Positions 26,778-35,375 of a DNA stretch of 64,000 bases are shown one piece after another; position 1 is the stretch's first letter, and each line of letters starts with the position of its first letter. The position numbers were made by a program, and so were the translations under genes. The notes under the pieces are model-generated. The model ran no database searches, was not told the DNA's origin, and saw only the letters and a program-made list of their open reading frames with translations. The stretch is taken from positions 62,001 to 126,000 of IMG/VR virus record IMGVR_UViG_3300044796_000662; one strand, given 5' to 3'.

Positions 26778-28061
26778 CTACGCGCGGGCCTTCAGAGTCC
26801 GACGCCCATCGACGATGATCGGCACTCCCTTACCCGTGATCACGTCGGCCGTGATGCGGATGCTCGCGATGTCCATGCTTGGACCATCGTAGGCGTAGGG
26901 TGCGAGAGTCTCCTCCAGGATCGAACGGAGCCCACGCGCTCCCGTGGGTCGGCGCTTCGCCTCCTGGCCGATGGCCAGGAGAGCATCCGTGTCGAACTGC
27001 AAGTCGATGTCGTCCATGGCGAAGAGCGCCTGGTACTGCTTCACGAGGGCGTTCTTCGGCTCCGTGAGCACCTTGACCATGTCCTCGTCAGACAGCTCCA
27101 GCGTGCTCGTAACGATGGGCAGACGGCCGAGCATCTCGGGGATGATCCCGAACTCCAAGATGTCCTCGCCCTTGACCTCCGTGTAGACCTCGTTGAGCGT
27201 GAGCTTGCGCCGCTTCGTGTCCTCCGAGCCGAAGCCGAGCCGCGAGGACTTGTTCACCCGCTGCTCTACCACCTCGTCGATGCCCGCGAAGCTGCCCGCA
27301 GCAACGAACAGGATGTTGGTCGTATCGAGCACGTCCACGTTCGAGCGCACCTCGCCGTTGGGGCCTACAGACGTCACGGACACGTTCTTGCCCATCCCAC
27401 GCGTGACGGGCACAGAGCAGCCTTCCAAGGTCCGCAGCATGCCTTGCTGGACGCCTTCGCCCGTGATGTCGCGGTAACCGGAGGCGGAACGTCCGCTCTT
27501 GCGGGCGATCTTGTCGAATTCGTCGAGCAAGATGATGCCCCACTCGGCGCGCTGGATGTCCCCGCCGGCGTTCTGGACGAGCCCGCGAAGCATGTCGTCC
27601 GCGTCGTCGCCCACGTAGCCTTGCTGCGTCAGCCGGGTGCAGTCCTGCGTGTAGAACGGGACCTTCAGAAGCTCGCTGATCGCCCTGAACGTCTCGGTCT
27701 TGCCCGAGCCAGTGGGGCCGAGGATCAGCATGTTGGACTTCTGGACCTTGATCGAGCCCGCCTTCTTGGCCCGAGCCGCGTCCCTACGCTTGAAGTGGTG
27801 GTAGACCGCGGTGGAGACCGCCCTCTTCAGCCTTTCCTGCGCGATGATGTGCTCGTCGAGGTACGCCTTGATCTGATGGGGCGTCCCAAGGACGGGCTCC
27901 CGCTTCTTGTCGCCCTTGGGGGCCGACTGCTCGATGAGGTTCGAGGCTCCTTCCACGCACGTCTCGCAGATGTAGACGCCGTTGCCCTTGATCAGGCGGT
28001 TGTTGGGGACCTCGTTCTTCTCGGACCCACAGAAAGAGCACACCTCGTGGTCGGTCGGCAT
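26778..28061 (-). CDS. clpX: ATP-dependent Clp protease ATPase subunit ClpX
   Basis: CSFC..C..C zinc domain, GPTGSGKT, GYVG pore loop, DEFDK, GEGVQQ, LGF loop, TGARGLR. Confidence 0.93.
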   Translation of the reverse strand: MPTDHEVCSFCGSEKNEVPNNRLIKGNGVYICETCVEGASNLIEQSAPKGDKKREPVLGTPHQIKAYLDEHIIAQERLKRAVSTAVYHHFKRRDAARAKKAGSIKVQKSNMLILGPTGSGKTETFRAISELLKVPFYTQDCTRLTQQGYVGDDADDMLRGLVQNAGGDIQRAEWGIILLDEFDKIARKSGRSASGYRDITGEGVQQGMLRTLEGCSVPVTRGMGKNVSVTSVGPNGEVRSNVDVLDTTNILFVAAGSFAGIDEVVEQRVNKSSRLGFGSEDTKRRKLTLNEVYTEVKGEDILEFGIIPEMLGRLPIVTSTLELSDEDMVKVLTEPKNALVKQYQALFAMDDIDLQFDTDALLAIGQEAKRRPTGARGLRSILEETLAPYAYDGPSMDIASIRITADVITGKGVPIIVDGRRTLKARA

Positions 28062-28071
28062 CAGCCGCCCT

Positions 28072-28078
28072 TACACCG
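28072..28078 (-). promoter_or_regulatory. Class-2 motif CGGTGTA (clpX)
   Basis: 10 nt before ATG; equivalent copies at 14607, 24683, 33602, 36991, 37699, 44699 and 46504. Confidence 0.65.
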
Positions 28079-28080
28079 GG

Positions 28081-28665
28081 CTAGCAGTCTACCAGCACCC
28101 CATCCGTCAGAAACGCGTGGTAGCCGGGGTACTTACCGCGAGCGGGGATGAGGATGCTCGGCCGTACGGTGATCTTGGGGATCGTGCCGGTACGCGTCCA
28201 AGGCGTGCCATCCGAGGAGGACAGGTCCGGCATCCACTGACCGCCTGGGGTCATGATGCATAGGCACTTGCCATCCGGACCTCGATGGTCCATCGGGAAC
28301 CAAGGACAGTCCCACATTGCGCCCACGGGAGCGTCACGCAAGGTGATCTCCTCTTCGACGCCAGGGCGGTGATAGAGCACTTCCGGGAAGACCTGCCAGT
28401 GGTCCTCTTCCACGAAGACGTAGTCGCAGTCGTCGCACTTCTGCGGCCAGCGCGGATCGTCATGGGCGGGCATGGCATCTTCAGGGAACGGGGCCAAGGT
28501 ACCGTGCTCCGAGAAGACTGCTTGAACGGTGCCAAAGGGCGCATGTCCGTTGTGGTAGCCGAATCGACCGGGGCACTTGTCCTTGTCGTCAGAGCCTCTG
28601 TATCGCCGAAGCTGCTCACGGACGAAGCCCGTTTGCTCGATGAGAAAGCACTCGATCTGACTCAC
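28081..28665 (-). CDS. Cys/His-rich protein with DUF6527-like C-terminus
   Basis: WTRTG...ITVRPSIL...YHAFLTDG pattern. Confidence 0.6.
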   Translation of the reverse strand: MSQIECFLIEQTGFVREQLRRYRGSDDKDKCPGRFGYHNGHAPFGTVQAVFSEHGTLAPFPEDAMPAHDDPRWPQKCDDCDYVFVEEDHWQVFPEVLYHRPGVEEEITLRDAPVGAMWDCPWFPMDHRGPDGKCLCIMTPGGQWMPDLSSSDGTPWTRTGTIPKITVRPSILIPARGKYPGYHAFLTDGVLVDC

Positions 28666-28961
28666 GACTCTTCTCCCCCCTCAGGGACCATCCCACGAAC
28701 CTTGATCTCGGCGGCGAGTTGCTTCTTCACCGCTTCGACCTGCTCGGGAACCATCACCGTCTTCGCGAGGTGACGTGCCCTGTAGTCTTCGCCGTCAGCA
28801 AGCGCACGAAAGTACGCCTTGGCGATGATGCTCTCGAAGGAGTTGTCAGGGAGCTTCGCTACGAGCCTTGCCGCCGCATCGCGCACCTCTGGCCCGCTCA
28901 AGATGACGAGCTTCTCGGCGATCCTGTTGAGGACGCGCTCTGCGGTGCTGGACGTCTTCAC
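28662..28961 (-). CDS. Small helical hypothetical protein
   Basis: GTGA overlaps on both sides. Confidence 0.6.
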   Translation of the reverse strand: MKTSSTAERVLNRIAEKLVILSGPEVRDAAARLVAKLPDNSFESIIAKAYFRALADGEDYRARHLAKTVMVPEQVEAVKKQLAAEIKVRGMVPEGGEES

Positions 28962-29779
28962 GACTCGCTCTTGCCCTTCGTGATCTCGCCGTAGACGATG
29001 CAGTCCTCGTTCCAGACGACACCCTGGCAGTGGACCTTGCCGCCCGGCTCGACGATGCAGATGCCGCCCTCACCGAAGTCGTTGCAGGTCTCCTTGCCGT
29101 AGCGGTTGGAGACTACCAGCGTGGCCCTGTTGTCCTTAGCGAACTCCATCCAGGACACGGCCGGAAAGCCACCGTCACCCCAGTTCGCGCTGAAGCAGAC
29201 CACGTCTGCGTCCCCTGGCTCGTAGAAGGACTTCCACTCAGAGTCTTTCTTGTCCCGGATGTCCCGGCAGATGAGGAGCCCGATCTTCCACTCTTCGCCG
29301 CCGATGGTCGTTCGCACGACCGGGGGGTTACTCTGCCCTCCGGTCGCCCAGATGAAGTCGTTACCCCACAGGTTGATCTTGCGTACGGTCTCGTAGTAGA
29401 TGCCCGCGATGCTGGGGTCTTCGGGGTTCTGCTCTATGAACATCTGCGAGTTGTAGAGCTTGCCCGTACCCTCGTCCTTCTCGACGAACCCCCAAACGAT
29501 CTTGACCCCCAGGCGCATCGCCATCTGCGCCATGAAGCCGATTGACCAGCCACGCTGCGCGAGTGCCATGGGCTCTTCTTGCTTCAAGAGCGAGGGCACC
29601 TCCGCAAAGGGCTCGGCCTCTTCGGTGCTCATGAACGAGTAGCCGGTCGTGACCAGCTCGGGCAGCACAATGAGCTGCGCGCCGTTCTCGGCCGCTTCGA
29701 TGATGAGGCGTCCAACCCGCTGGAGATTCTCCTTGGGCTTCTTGAACGCAGGGGCGAACTGTACCGCAGCTACCTTCAC
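28958..29779 (-). CDS. Carbon-nitrogen hydrolase (nitrilase superfamily)
   Basis: VAAVQF, LPEL (E), RKINL (K), LICRD (C): complete E-K-C triad. Confidence 0.88.
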   Translation of the reverse strand: MKVAAVQFAPAFKKPKENLQRVGRLIIEAAENGAQLIVLPELVTTGYSFMSTEEAEPFAEVPSLLKQEEPMALAQRGWSIGFMAQMAMRLGVKIVWGFVEKDEGTGKLYNSQMFIEQNPEDPSIAGIYYETVRKINLWGNDFIWATGGQSNPPVVRTTIGGEEWKIGLLICRDIRDKKDSEWKSFYEPGDADVVCFSANWGDGGFPAVSWMEFAKDNRATLVVSNRYGKETCNDFGEGGICIVEPGGKVHCQGVVWNEDCIVYGEITKGKSES

Positions 29780-29809
29780 GTAGTCTGCGAACTATCGAAG
29801 GAAATGTAG

Positions 29810-30202
29810 CTAAGCCGCCTCGAACTGTGCCGCCCACGACTCCGTGCGAGTGCCCCGATACTCGCGGAAATGCCCGGGTATTGGGGTGAGGTGCATCGGC
29901 GTCCCAGGCACCCTTCCACCCCGGTTGATGCTCGGCTGCCAGAGCAGGTACGACCCCAGGCCAGGCCCTACAACTCGACGACCAGCACGGAGCAAACGGT
30001 TCAGGATCGGGAAGGGATTGATCAGGTCAGCCCGGAACCTCACGTAGTCCCGACCGCCGACGTCGATGATGTCAAGGGTGTCGAGTCTGCGGAACAGAAC
30101 CCTCGCCTCAGAAGCGGTTCTGAGTACCTCAGCAGCTAGCTGATGTGGCGTCTCATGCCGTCGAAGTTGGACGGCGAAGAACGATTCTGTATGCGGCTCC
30201 AT
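29810..30202 (-). CDS. Hypothetical protein
   Basis: 130 aa filling the intergenic space on the dominant strand. Confidence 0.5.
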   Translation of the reverse strand: MEPHTESFFAVQLRRHETPHQLAAEVLRTASEARVLFRRLDTLDIIDVGGRDYVRFRADLINPFPILNRLLRAGRRVVGPGLGSYLLWQPSINRGGRVPGTPMHLTPIPGHFREYRGTRTESWAAQFEAA

Positions 30203-30284
30203 GGCTCACGAGACTCGGCGTCTCCCTTTGCGTGTATCGTAACTGGGTTCACCAACGTGGGCCATGAAGAAGACTAGCGAGCTG

Positions 30285-30536
30285 TCACTTTGGTGTTCTG
30301 TTTCTACACGGCGCAGCAGGACCCATGATGTTGCGGAAACAGGAGCAGCAGACGTAGGCGGTCAGGTTGTGTCGCGGAAACGGCGTAGGGTCGTCGTACG
30401 GGATCTCCTCGCCGACCTTGTGCGTAGCATCTCGCAAGGTGCCAGAAGCTATCGCGCACACGTTGCACTTCTCCCCTCGGCACGAAGCCGAAACGAAGTG
30501 ATCGCACGAGCACGGGGGCACGAGGTGGTGCGTCAT
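30285..30536 (-). CDS. Small zinc-finger protein
   Basis: CSCDH, CNVC, CCSCF. Confidence 0.6.
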   Translation of the reverse strand: MTHHLVPPCSCDHFVSASCRGEKCNVCAIASGTLRDATHKVGEEIPYDDPTPFPRHNLTAYVCCSCFRNIMGPAAPCRNRTPK

Positions 30537-30538
30537 AG

Positions 30539-31897
30539 TCAGCCCTTGGCGGTGATGGTCTGGTCTCCGCGCCGCACCGTCCAGTCGTCTGGATCGGTGT
30601 CAACGTGAAGAGAGACGACGGGAAACATCTCGCGGAACGGTCGAATGAAGCTCTCATGCACCGCTCGCCGAAGCGTCGGGTGCACGGTCTTGCCGGACCT
30701 CAGCTCCATGACGTAGACCGCCGCAGACAACCCATAGGTCACGTGACAGGGGACGCGGAAGCCGAGCGGCGTGTAATACTGGCGCACCACCGGGTCATCG
30801 GAGAGGCCAGCGATTTGAACCGAAAGCTCCACGATGAGGTCTTTCGCAGCATGCGCGAGATCATCATCGAGCTGGTCTAGGTACCAGGGCTCGAAGCCGT
30901 GGGTAGTTGAGAGCAGTGGCATCCGGCAGACACCGTTGCGGTGACGCTGAAGGTCCCGGAAGGATCCGAAGTCGAGCAAGAACGAGAAGCTGAACTGCCC
31001 CAGGTCGTTCAAGAAGTGCGGAAGCACACAGCCACGAGGCCGTGTCTTGAGCACGTCCCGATACTGGAGTAGGTCGAACCGATTGATGCTCGCGTCGAAC
31101 TTCGAGCCGGACATGATGTCCGTGAAGTACGTGTACCTGTCGGCGACGAGCTGTTCCCACGAGGCCCGTGCTTCTCGCGCCTCGTCACCCCCTGTCGTGC
31201 CGACGCCGCTCACGGAGGCTAGCCCAAGACCCACACCGCTTGAGCGGTAGGTGTCTTGTAGCAAGCCCTGAAGACCAGTACCGATTCGCCGAATCTCCTC
31301 GGACGGGTGCTTCGAGAGCAGTAGCAGGTGATCTCCTGCCTGGCGAAGGTTCGTGTGCCAGGAGAGCTGAGTGCAGATGCCAGCGGGCAGGAAGCCGCGC
31401 AAGATGTCGAAGGCCCGTGCCTTGACCGCACGTTCGTAGGAGTCTTCCTTCTCCCCATCGCGCCGCGGGTAACGTTGACGAACCGTGTTCGCGACTCGGT
31501 CCATGTTGGACGTGTAGAAGGCCATCCAGCGCCGGAGCACCTCCTTGGACTTGTCAGTCCCCACGGGATCCTCGATGCGCTGCTTGCTCATGTCGATGTA
31601 GCGCGTGCTCGTCTCCTGCCCGCTGTAGAGAGGCCAGTCCTGAATGGCCTTTGCCGCGAGGGTGCTCACGCCTTCGATGAAAAGGGTCGTGGACCCGCAG
31701 TCCGCGATCGACTTGTGGCCGTAGCCGACATAGTAGCTCGACATGAACTTGCCCGAGCCGGACTTGGCGACCTTCTCCAAGTGCACCTCGGCACTCTCCG
31801 CACTGCGCGAGTAGAGAGCCTGCACCATCGCGATGTCCTCGGGCGAGAGGTCATCGACCACGATCAGCTTGACACCTTCGGTCTGTTGAACCTTCAT
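30539..31897 (-). CDS. thyX: Flavin-dependent thymidylate synthase (two Thy1-type domains)
   Basis: YYVGYGHKSIAD, GQETSTRY, FRDLQRHR; ATGA overlap sets the start at 31897. Confidence 0.88.
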   Translation of the reverse strand: MKVQQTEGVKLIVVDDLSPEDIAMVQALYSRSAESAEVHLEKVAKSGSGKFMSSYYVGYGHKSIADCGSTTLFIEGVSTLAAKAIQDWPLYSGQETSTRYIDMSKQRIEDPVGTDKSKEVLRRWMAFYTSNMDRVANTVRQRYPRRDGEKEDSYERAVKARAFDILRGFLPAGICTQLSWHTNLRQAGDHLLLLSKHPSEEIRRIGTGLQGLLQDTYRSSGVGLGLASVSGVGTTGGDEAREARASWEQLVADRYTYFTDIMSGSKFDASINRFDLLQYRDVLKTRPRGCVLPHFLNDLGQFSFSFLLDFGSFRDLQRHRNGVCRMPLLSTTHGFEPWYLDQLDDDLAHAAKDLIVELSVQIAGLSDDPVVRQYYTPLGFRVPCHVTYGLSAAVYVMELRSGKTVHPTLRRAVHESFIRPFREMFPVVSLHVDTDPDDWTVRRGDQTITAKG

Positions 31898-32631
31898 GCC
31901 CGACTCCGGTAGTTCTTGAGAATCTCGTGCAGCCGGCAATCCGGCTTGTGCTTGGGGATCTTGGCGCCGCTTTCCTCAGCACTGCACACGCGGCAGTAGT
32001 TGCCCTCGTGGCTGTACGACCACGAGTCCCACTCGGCCTCGTCGAGCAACTCGATTGCGCTGGCCTTGCGTTGGAAGTGGATCACACGGTCGATGACGTC
32101 GGGCCAGTCCTTCACACGCCACTTGTCCATGGGCATGTTGCGCACGTTGGCGATGGGCCAGAGCATGGCGAGGCCGTCCGGATGCTCTGCCTGCCACGCC
32201 AGCACGTGGTCCGGCTTGTCATCCAGGCAGATGTCTGCCGAAATGAGGTACTTCGCCGCCGTGTGCACGATCTCGGACTTCGCGAAGTTGAAGTGCTCCA
32301 TGAGCCACCTGTCCCGCTCGTAGACCCACGTCATCGAGTGGAAATGCGAGGTCACGGCGAAGAGCTTGACGTGCTTGCGCAGCTCCCCGACAGCATGCTG
32401 AGCACCGGGCAGCGGCTTGAGCCCCGCGCACCACCCAGGCTTTTCGCATTCGGCGAGGAGTACCTTGGTCTCCTCGTTAGTGAAGATCGTGAACAGGTCC
32501 CAGACGGTGCCGTCAAAGGATTGAGGGCTCACATCCTTGCCAAACAGTCGCTTGGCGGCCTCGAAGACTGGGCCCTGGAAGTCGGCCAAGACCTCGTCCA
32601 CGTCGATCCACATACGCTTTTGGGTCGGCAT
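31894..32631 (-). CDS. HAD-family 5'(3')-deoxyribonucleotidase with C-terminal Cys/His extension
   Basis: IDVDEVLADF, PLPGA, VTS, R..WL..HF, CLDDK. Confidence 0.85.
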   Translation of the reverse strand: MPTQKRMWIDVDEVLADFQGPVFEAAKRLFGKDVSPQSFDGTVWDLFTIFTNEETKVLLAECEKPGWCAGLKPLPGAQHAVGELRKHVKLFAVTSHFHSMTWVYERDRWLMEHFNFAKSEIVHTAAKYLISADICLDDKPDHVLAWQAEHPDGLAMLWPIANVRNMPMDKWRVKDWPDVIDRVIHFQRKASAIELLDEAEWDSWSYSHEGNYCRVCSAEESGAKIPKHKPDCRLHEILKNYRSRA

Positions 32632-32641
32632 GAGGCGCCCC

Positions 32642-32659
32642 TACACCACAAGCGGTGTA
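32642..32659. promoter_or_regulatory. Divergent pair of GGTGTA class-2 motifs
   Basis: TACACC-N6-GGTGTA, each copy 9-10 nt before the start of divergent genes (32631 minus, 32669 plus). Confidence 0.7.
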
Positions 32660-32668
32660 GAAACAGGC

Positions 32669-33085
32669 ATGCGCCGCACGTTCACCTCTTCGATCTACGT
32701 CCGCCACAACGACACTGTCCTGCTCGTGCTCCACAAGCGCTTCAACATGTGGGTGCCCGTTGGGGGCGAGCTACTGGACAACGAACGTCCCCTCGACGGG
32801 GCAATGCGCGAACTGTTCGAGGAGACGAAGATCAAGGACGCGATCTTCCCTCACATCGACAGCTCCATCCTGCCGAACACGCCTTGGGGCCTCATGGCCT
32901 ACGAAGAGCACGATGCCGGAAGCAAGGGCTGGCACATGAATTTCGCCTTTCTCGCAAAGGTCGGCAGCCCGGACATCACCCCGAACAACGAGTTCACGGA
33001 GCACCGATGGTGGACCCGTGGAACCCTGCCCGCCATGATGCCGTCCAACGTTCGGCGGCTCGCGGAGATGGCGCTCTCGATCTAG
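32669..33085 (+). CDS. Nudix hydrolase
   Basis: GGELLDNERPLDGAMRELFEETKI Nudix box. Confidence 0.88.
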   Translation: MRRTFTSSIYVRHNDTVLLVLHKRFNMWVPVGGELLDNERPLDGAMRELFEETKIKDAIFPHIDSSILPNTPWGLMAYEEHDAGSKGWHMNFAFLAKVGSPDITPNNEFTEHRWWTRGTLPAMMPSNVRRLAEMALSI

Positions 33086-33591
33086 TAGTCCGTGTCGCCC
33101 TGAACGAGGAACCCACGGCAGGCGCGCCGGGCCAAGAGCTTCTTGGTCCCGGTCTCGTCCATGAACTTCATGAAGCGGGAGAGGCCGTCCGCGAACTCCG
33201 CGTCCGAATGCACGAGACCGTGCGGTTCCTCCCGATAGTCCTCCAACTGGAAGAGGGCGTGGTCCCCCTCTTGTGGCACGACTTCGAGAGCGAGCCCAAG
33301 GGGGTGCAGCACCCGCCTGTTCAACTCGAACAAGAGCCCGGTATCGACCAAGTAGCCCGCCGGATCGTCCACGAACGGTGGGGGCGGGGGCGGACGGGTC
33401 GAGGGGTCCCGTGTGAAGCTGAACTCCAAGTCCTCGGGAGGCTCGGCACGCAGCTCCTCTGACACATGCTGGATACCCTCGGAGGCGTCCGTGGGAATGC
33501 GCAGAGGGTAGAGGTCTACCTCGCCATGACCCTCAAGATTGAATCGGGGGTCTGTCTTTGACTCGACGCGCCATCGGCCGCTCTTCGGCAT
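33082..33591 (-). CDS. Hypothetical protein
   Basis: LLFELNRRVLHPLGLAL phage motif; CGGTGTA 10 nt upstream of ATG 33591. Confidence 0.68.
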   Translation of the reverse strand: MPKSGRWRVESKTDPRFNLEGHGEVDLYPLRIPTDASEGIQHVSEELRAEPPEDLEFSFTRDPSTRPPPPPPFVDDPAGYLVDTGLLFELNRRVLHPLGLALEVVPQEGDHALFQLEDYREEPHGLVHSDAEFADGLSRFMKFMDETGTKKLLARRACRGFLVQGDTDY

Positions 33592-33628
33592 ACTTGATCT
33601 GTACACCGACTACACGCCGGAGTGAACC

Positions 33629-33940
33629 CTAGACCAACCCCTCGGGGATCGAGTCCACATCCCCCATGGGGATGAGCGCTGGATTTGACAGGACGAACGC
33701 GAAGCCCTTGTGCGCCTTGAAGGTGCGCAGCTCCTCGTCCGTCAGCTCACGAACCAGCTCCCTCTCGACCAGCTCCTCCAGAAGCTTCTTCGTCTGCTTC
33801 AGGTTCAGCCCGATCCAGAGCGAGATCTCCCCGACCAGGAGCGGCCTGTTCTGGTTGCGCAAATAGGAGAGCACCCGCCTCTTGACGGTCCCCCAAAATT
33901 GTGCGGTCGATGTCTGCGGAGTGGACGAACGTGTCGCCAT
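33629..33940 (-). CDS. Small winged-helix protein
   Basis: RVLSYL...GEIS..I......KLLEELV; GGGGG SD. Confidence 0.6.
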   Translation of the reverse strand: MATRSSTPQTSTAQFWGTVKRRVLSYLRNQNRPLLVGEISLWIGLNLKQTKKLLEELVERELVRELTDEELRTFKAHKGFAFVLSNPALIPMGDVDSIPEGLV

Positions 33941-34196
33941 TACCCCCTGCGAGTTCATGAGTAGGAAGTTCACGCGTTTCCTCGGCTGAGAGTTGGGGGA
34001 GTGGCACCACTTCGTACTCGTCCAACCTGTACTGCGCGACGACACGTACACCGTTGGTCGTGAGCTTCGCTACAAACTCGCCCACGTCTTCGAGCACGAG
34101 GTTGAACGTGTTCGGGCCGCGTTCGAGCAGGAGACTGTGATCCGGAAGTGGGACCTCAGAGGTTGCGAAGACCGTGAAACTGTAAAAGCCCATCAC
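33747..34196 (-). CDS. Hypothetical protein (3' part overlaps the next gene)
   Basis: GTGA-coupled to the upstream gene; the first ~80 aa look coding. Confidence 0.5.
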   Translation of the reverse strand: MMGFYSFTVFATSEVPLPDHSLLLERGPNTFNLVLEDVGEFVAKLTTNGVRVVAQYRLDEYEVVPLPQLSAEETRELPTHELAGGNGDTFVHSADIDRTILGDRQEAGALLFAQPEQAAPGRGDLALDRAEPEADEEASGGAGREGAGS

Positions 34197-35374
34197 ACCA
34201 CCTCGGCCCGGTACTCGATGTCCGGCATGTCCGTGAGCTGGACAGCGTGCAACCGAGGCAGGTTGATGTCGAGGTCGTAGTCGATGGTCGCCACGACCTC
34301 CCAGCGGTCGTGGATCTCGCGCGATGCGATCTGCGTCTGCCCGCAGTGCAGGCGGCCGATGGGGAAGGCCAGGTCCCGAACGAGGATCGTAGGGCAGTCC
34401 TCGATGGGAATGCAGAACTCGTGAGCCACGTGCTGCTTGCGCAGCGCCATCGCTTCAGTCGGCGTGGTCAGCCAGAGGCCCCCGCTGTAGCGAAAGTCCA
34501 GAAGGGACACGATCGCGGGCGTCGTGTTCGCGTGCGCGAGCTTGCCGATCGTGAGAGCGATCTCCCGACCCCATTGCGTGGCGATGGTGGCCCGGTGCGA
34601 CGAGAGCACGTCGAAGAGCAGGTTCCGGGCCTTGTGGTCCATGAGCGGCATGGTCATCCGCGCGTACGCCTTGAACCCCCTGAAGCTCGTGAGCGCCTCG
34701 GGGCGTACCACAGGTTCACGACCCTCTTCGCGAACGCCATCCAGGAGTCGGATGAAGCGCCCGAGCGAGCCCCCGAGGGCGTCATGCAGCAAGGTGGGCA
34801 GAGCGTCCTTGAGATCCTGGACGATGACCTCGCGTCCACGCCTCGTGGTCGGCAGAAGGCGCCGGTCTTCGTCGCGGGTGATAGAGGGCACCTGCGGGAA
34901 GTTGAGCGCCAACTCATCAACGAGCTTTTCCTCGCGCTCCCGCTCGAACTCCCACCGGATGAGGAAGCCTTGCAGCTCTGGACGGATGCGCGCCGCCGGC
35001 AGCACCATGTCGCCACCGAACCGGGGCACCGCGTCTGGCTGCCACATGTCCTTGTCCGTGATGCGTGCGATGGCCTTGCCAGTCTGCCGCGAGATGATGA
35101 GCACCGCGTCGCCGACCTGGAGATACTCGTCCGCCAGGTATCGGCAGACCTCCTGAAGCGACTCGGGTGAGCAGGATAGGCGCTCCGAGAGCTGCCCGGA
35201 GATCTCGTCCGCAAGTTGCGCCGGCGCCTCGGCGTCCTTGCGCCCCTTGTACTTCTCGAAGGTCGCACGGACCTCGGCGTTGCGTTGCACCTCGAAGCGG
35301 GCGTCCAGGAGCGGGCGCCCGTCAGGCTTCGCCAGCGTGGTGACTTGAGGTACCCGAGCAAGATCGTCCGACAC
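34193..35374 (-). CDS. Hypothetical protein, possibly a divergent capsid (HK97-like) fold
   Basis: GGAGG SD and GTG 1 nt after the AAA stop; the fold call rests only on recalled resemblance. Confidence 0.65.
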   Translation of the reverse strand: MSDDLARVPQVTTLAKPDGRPLLDARFEVQRNAEVRATFEKYKGRKDAEAPAQLADEISGQLSERLSCSPESLQEVCRYLADEYLQVGDAVLIISRQTGKAIARITDKDMWQPDAVPRFGGDMVLPAARIRPELQGFLIRWEFEREREEKLVDELALNFPQVPSITRDEDRRLLPTTRRGREVIVQDLKDALPTLLHDALGGSLGRFIRLLDGVREEGREPVVRPEALTSFRGFKAYARMTMPLMDHKARNLLFDVLSSHRATIATQWGREIALTIGKLAHANTTPAIVSLLDFRYSGGLWLTTPTEAMALRKQHVAHEFCIPIEDCPTILVRDLAFPIGRLHCGQTQIASREIHDRWEVVATIDYDLDINLPRLHAVQLTDMPDIEYRAEVV

Positions 35375-35375
35375 G

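Noticed and set aside
28662-28961. TAERVLNRIA as another RVAAR-type tag
   Set aside because: Too divergent and lacks the aromatic residue; may be chance
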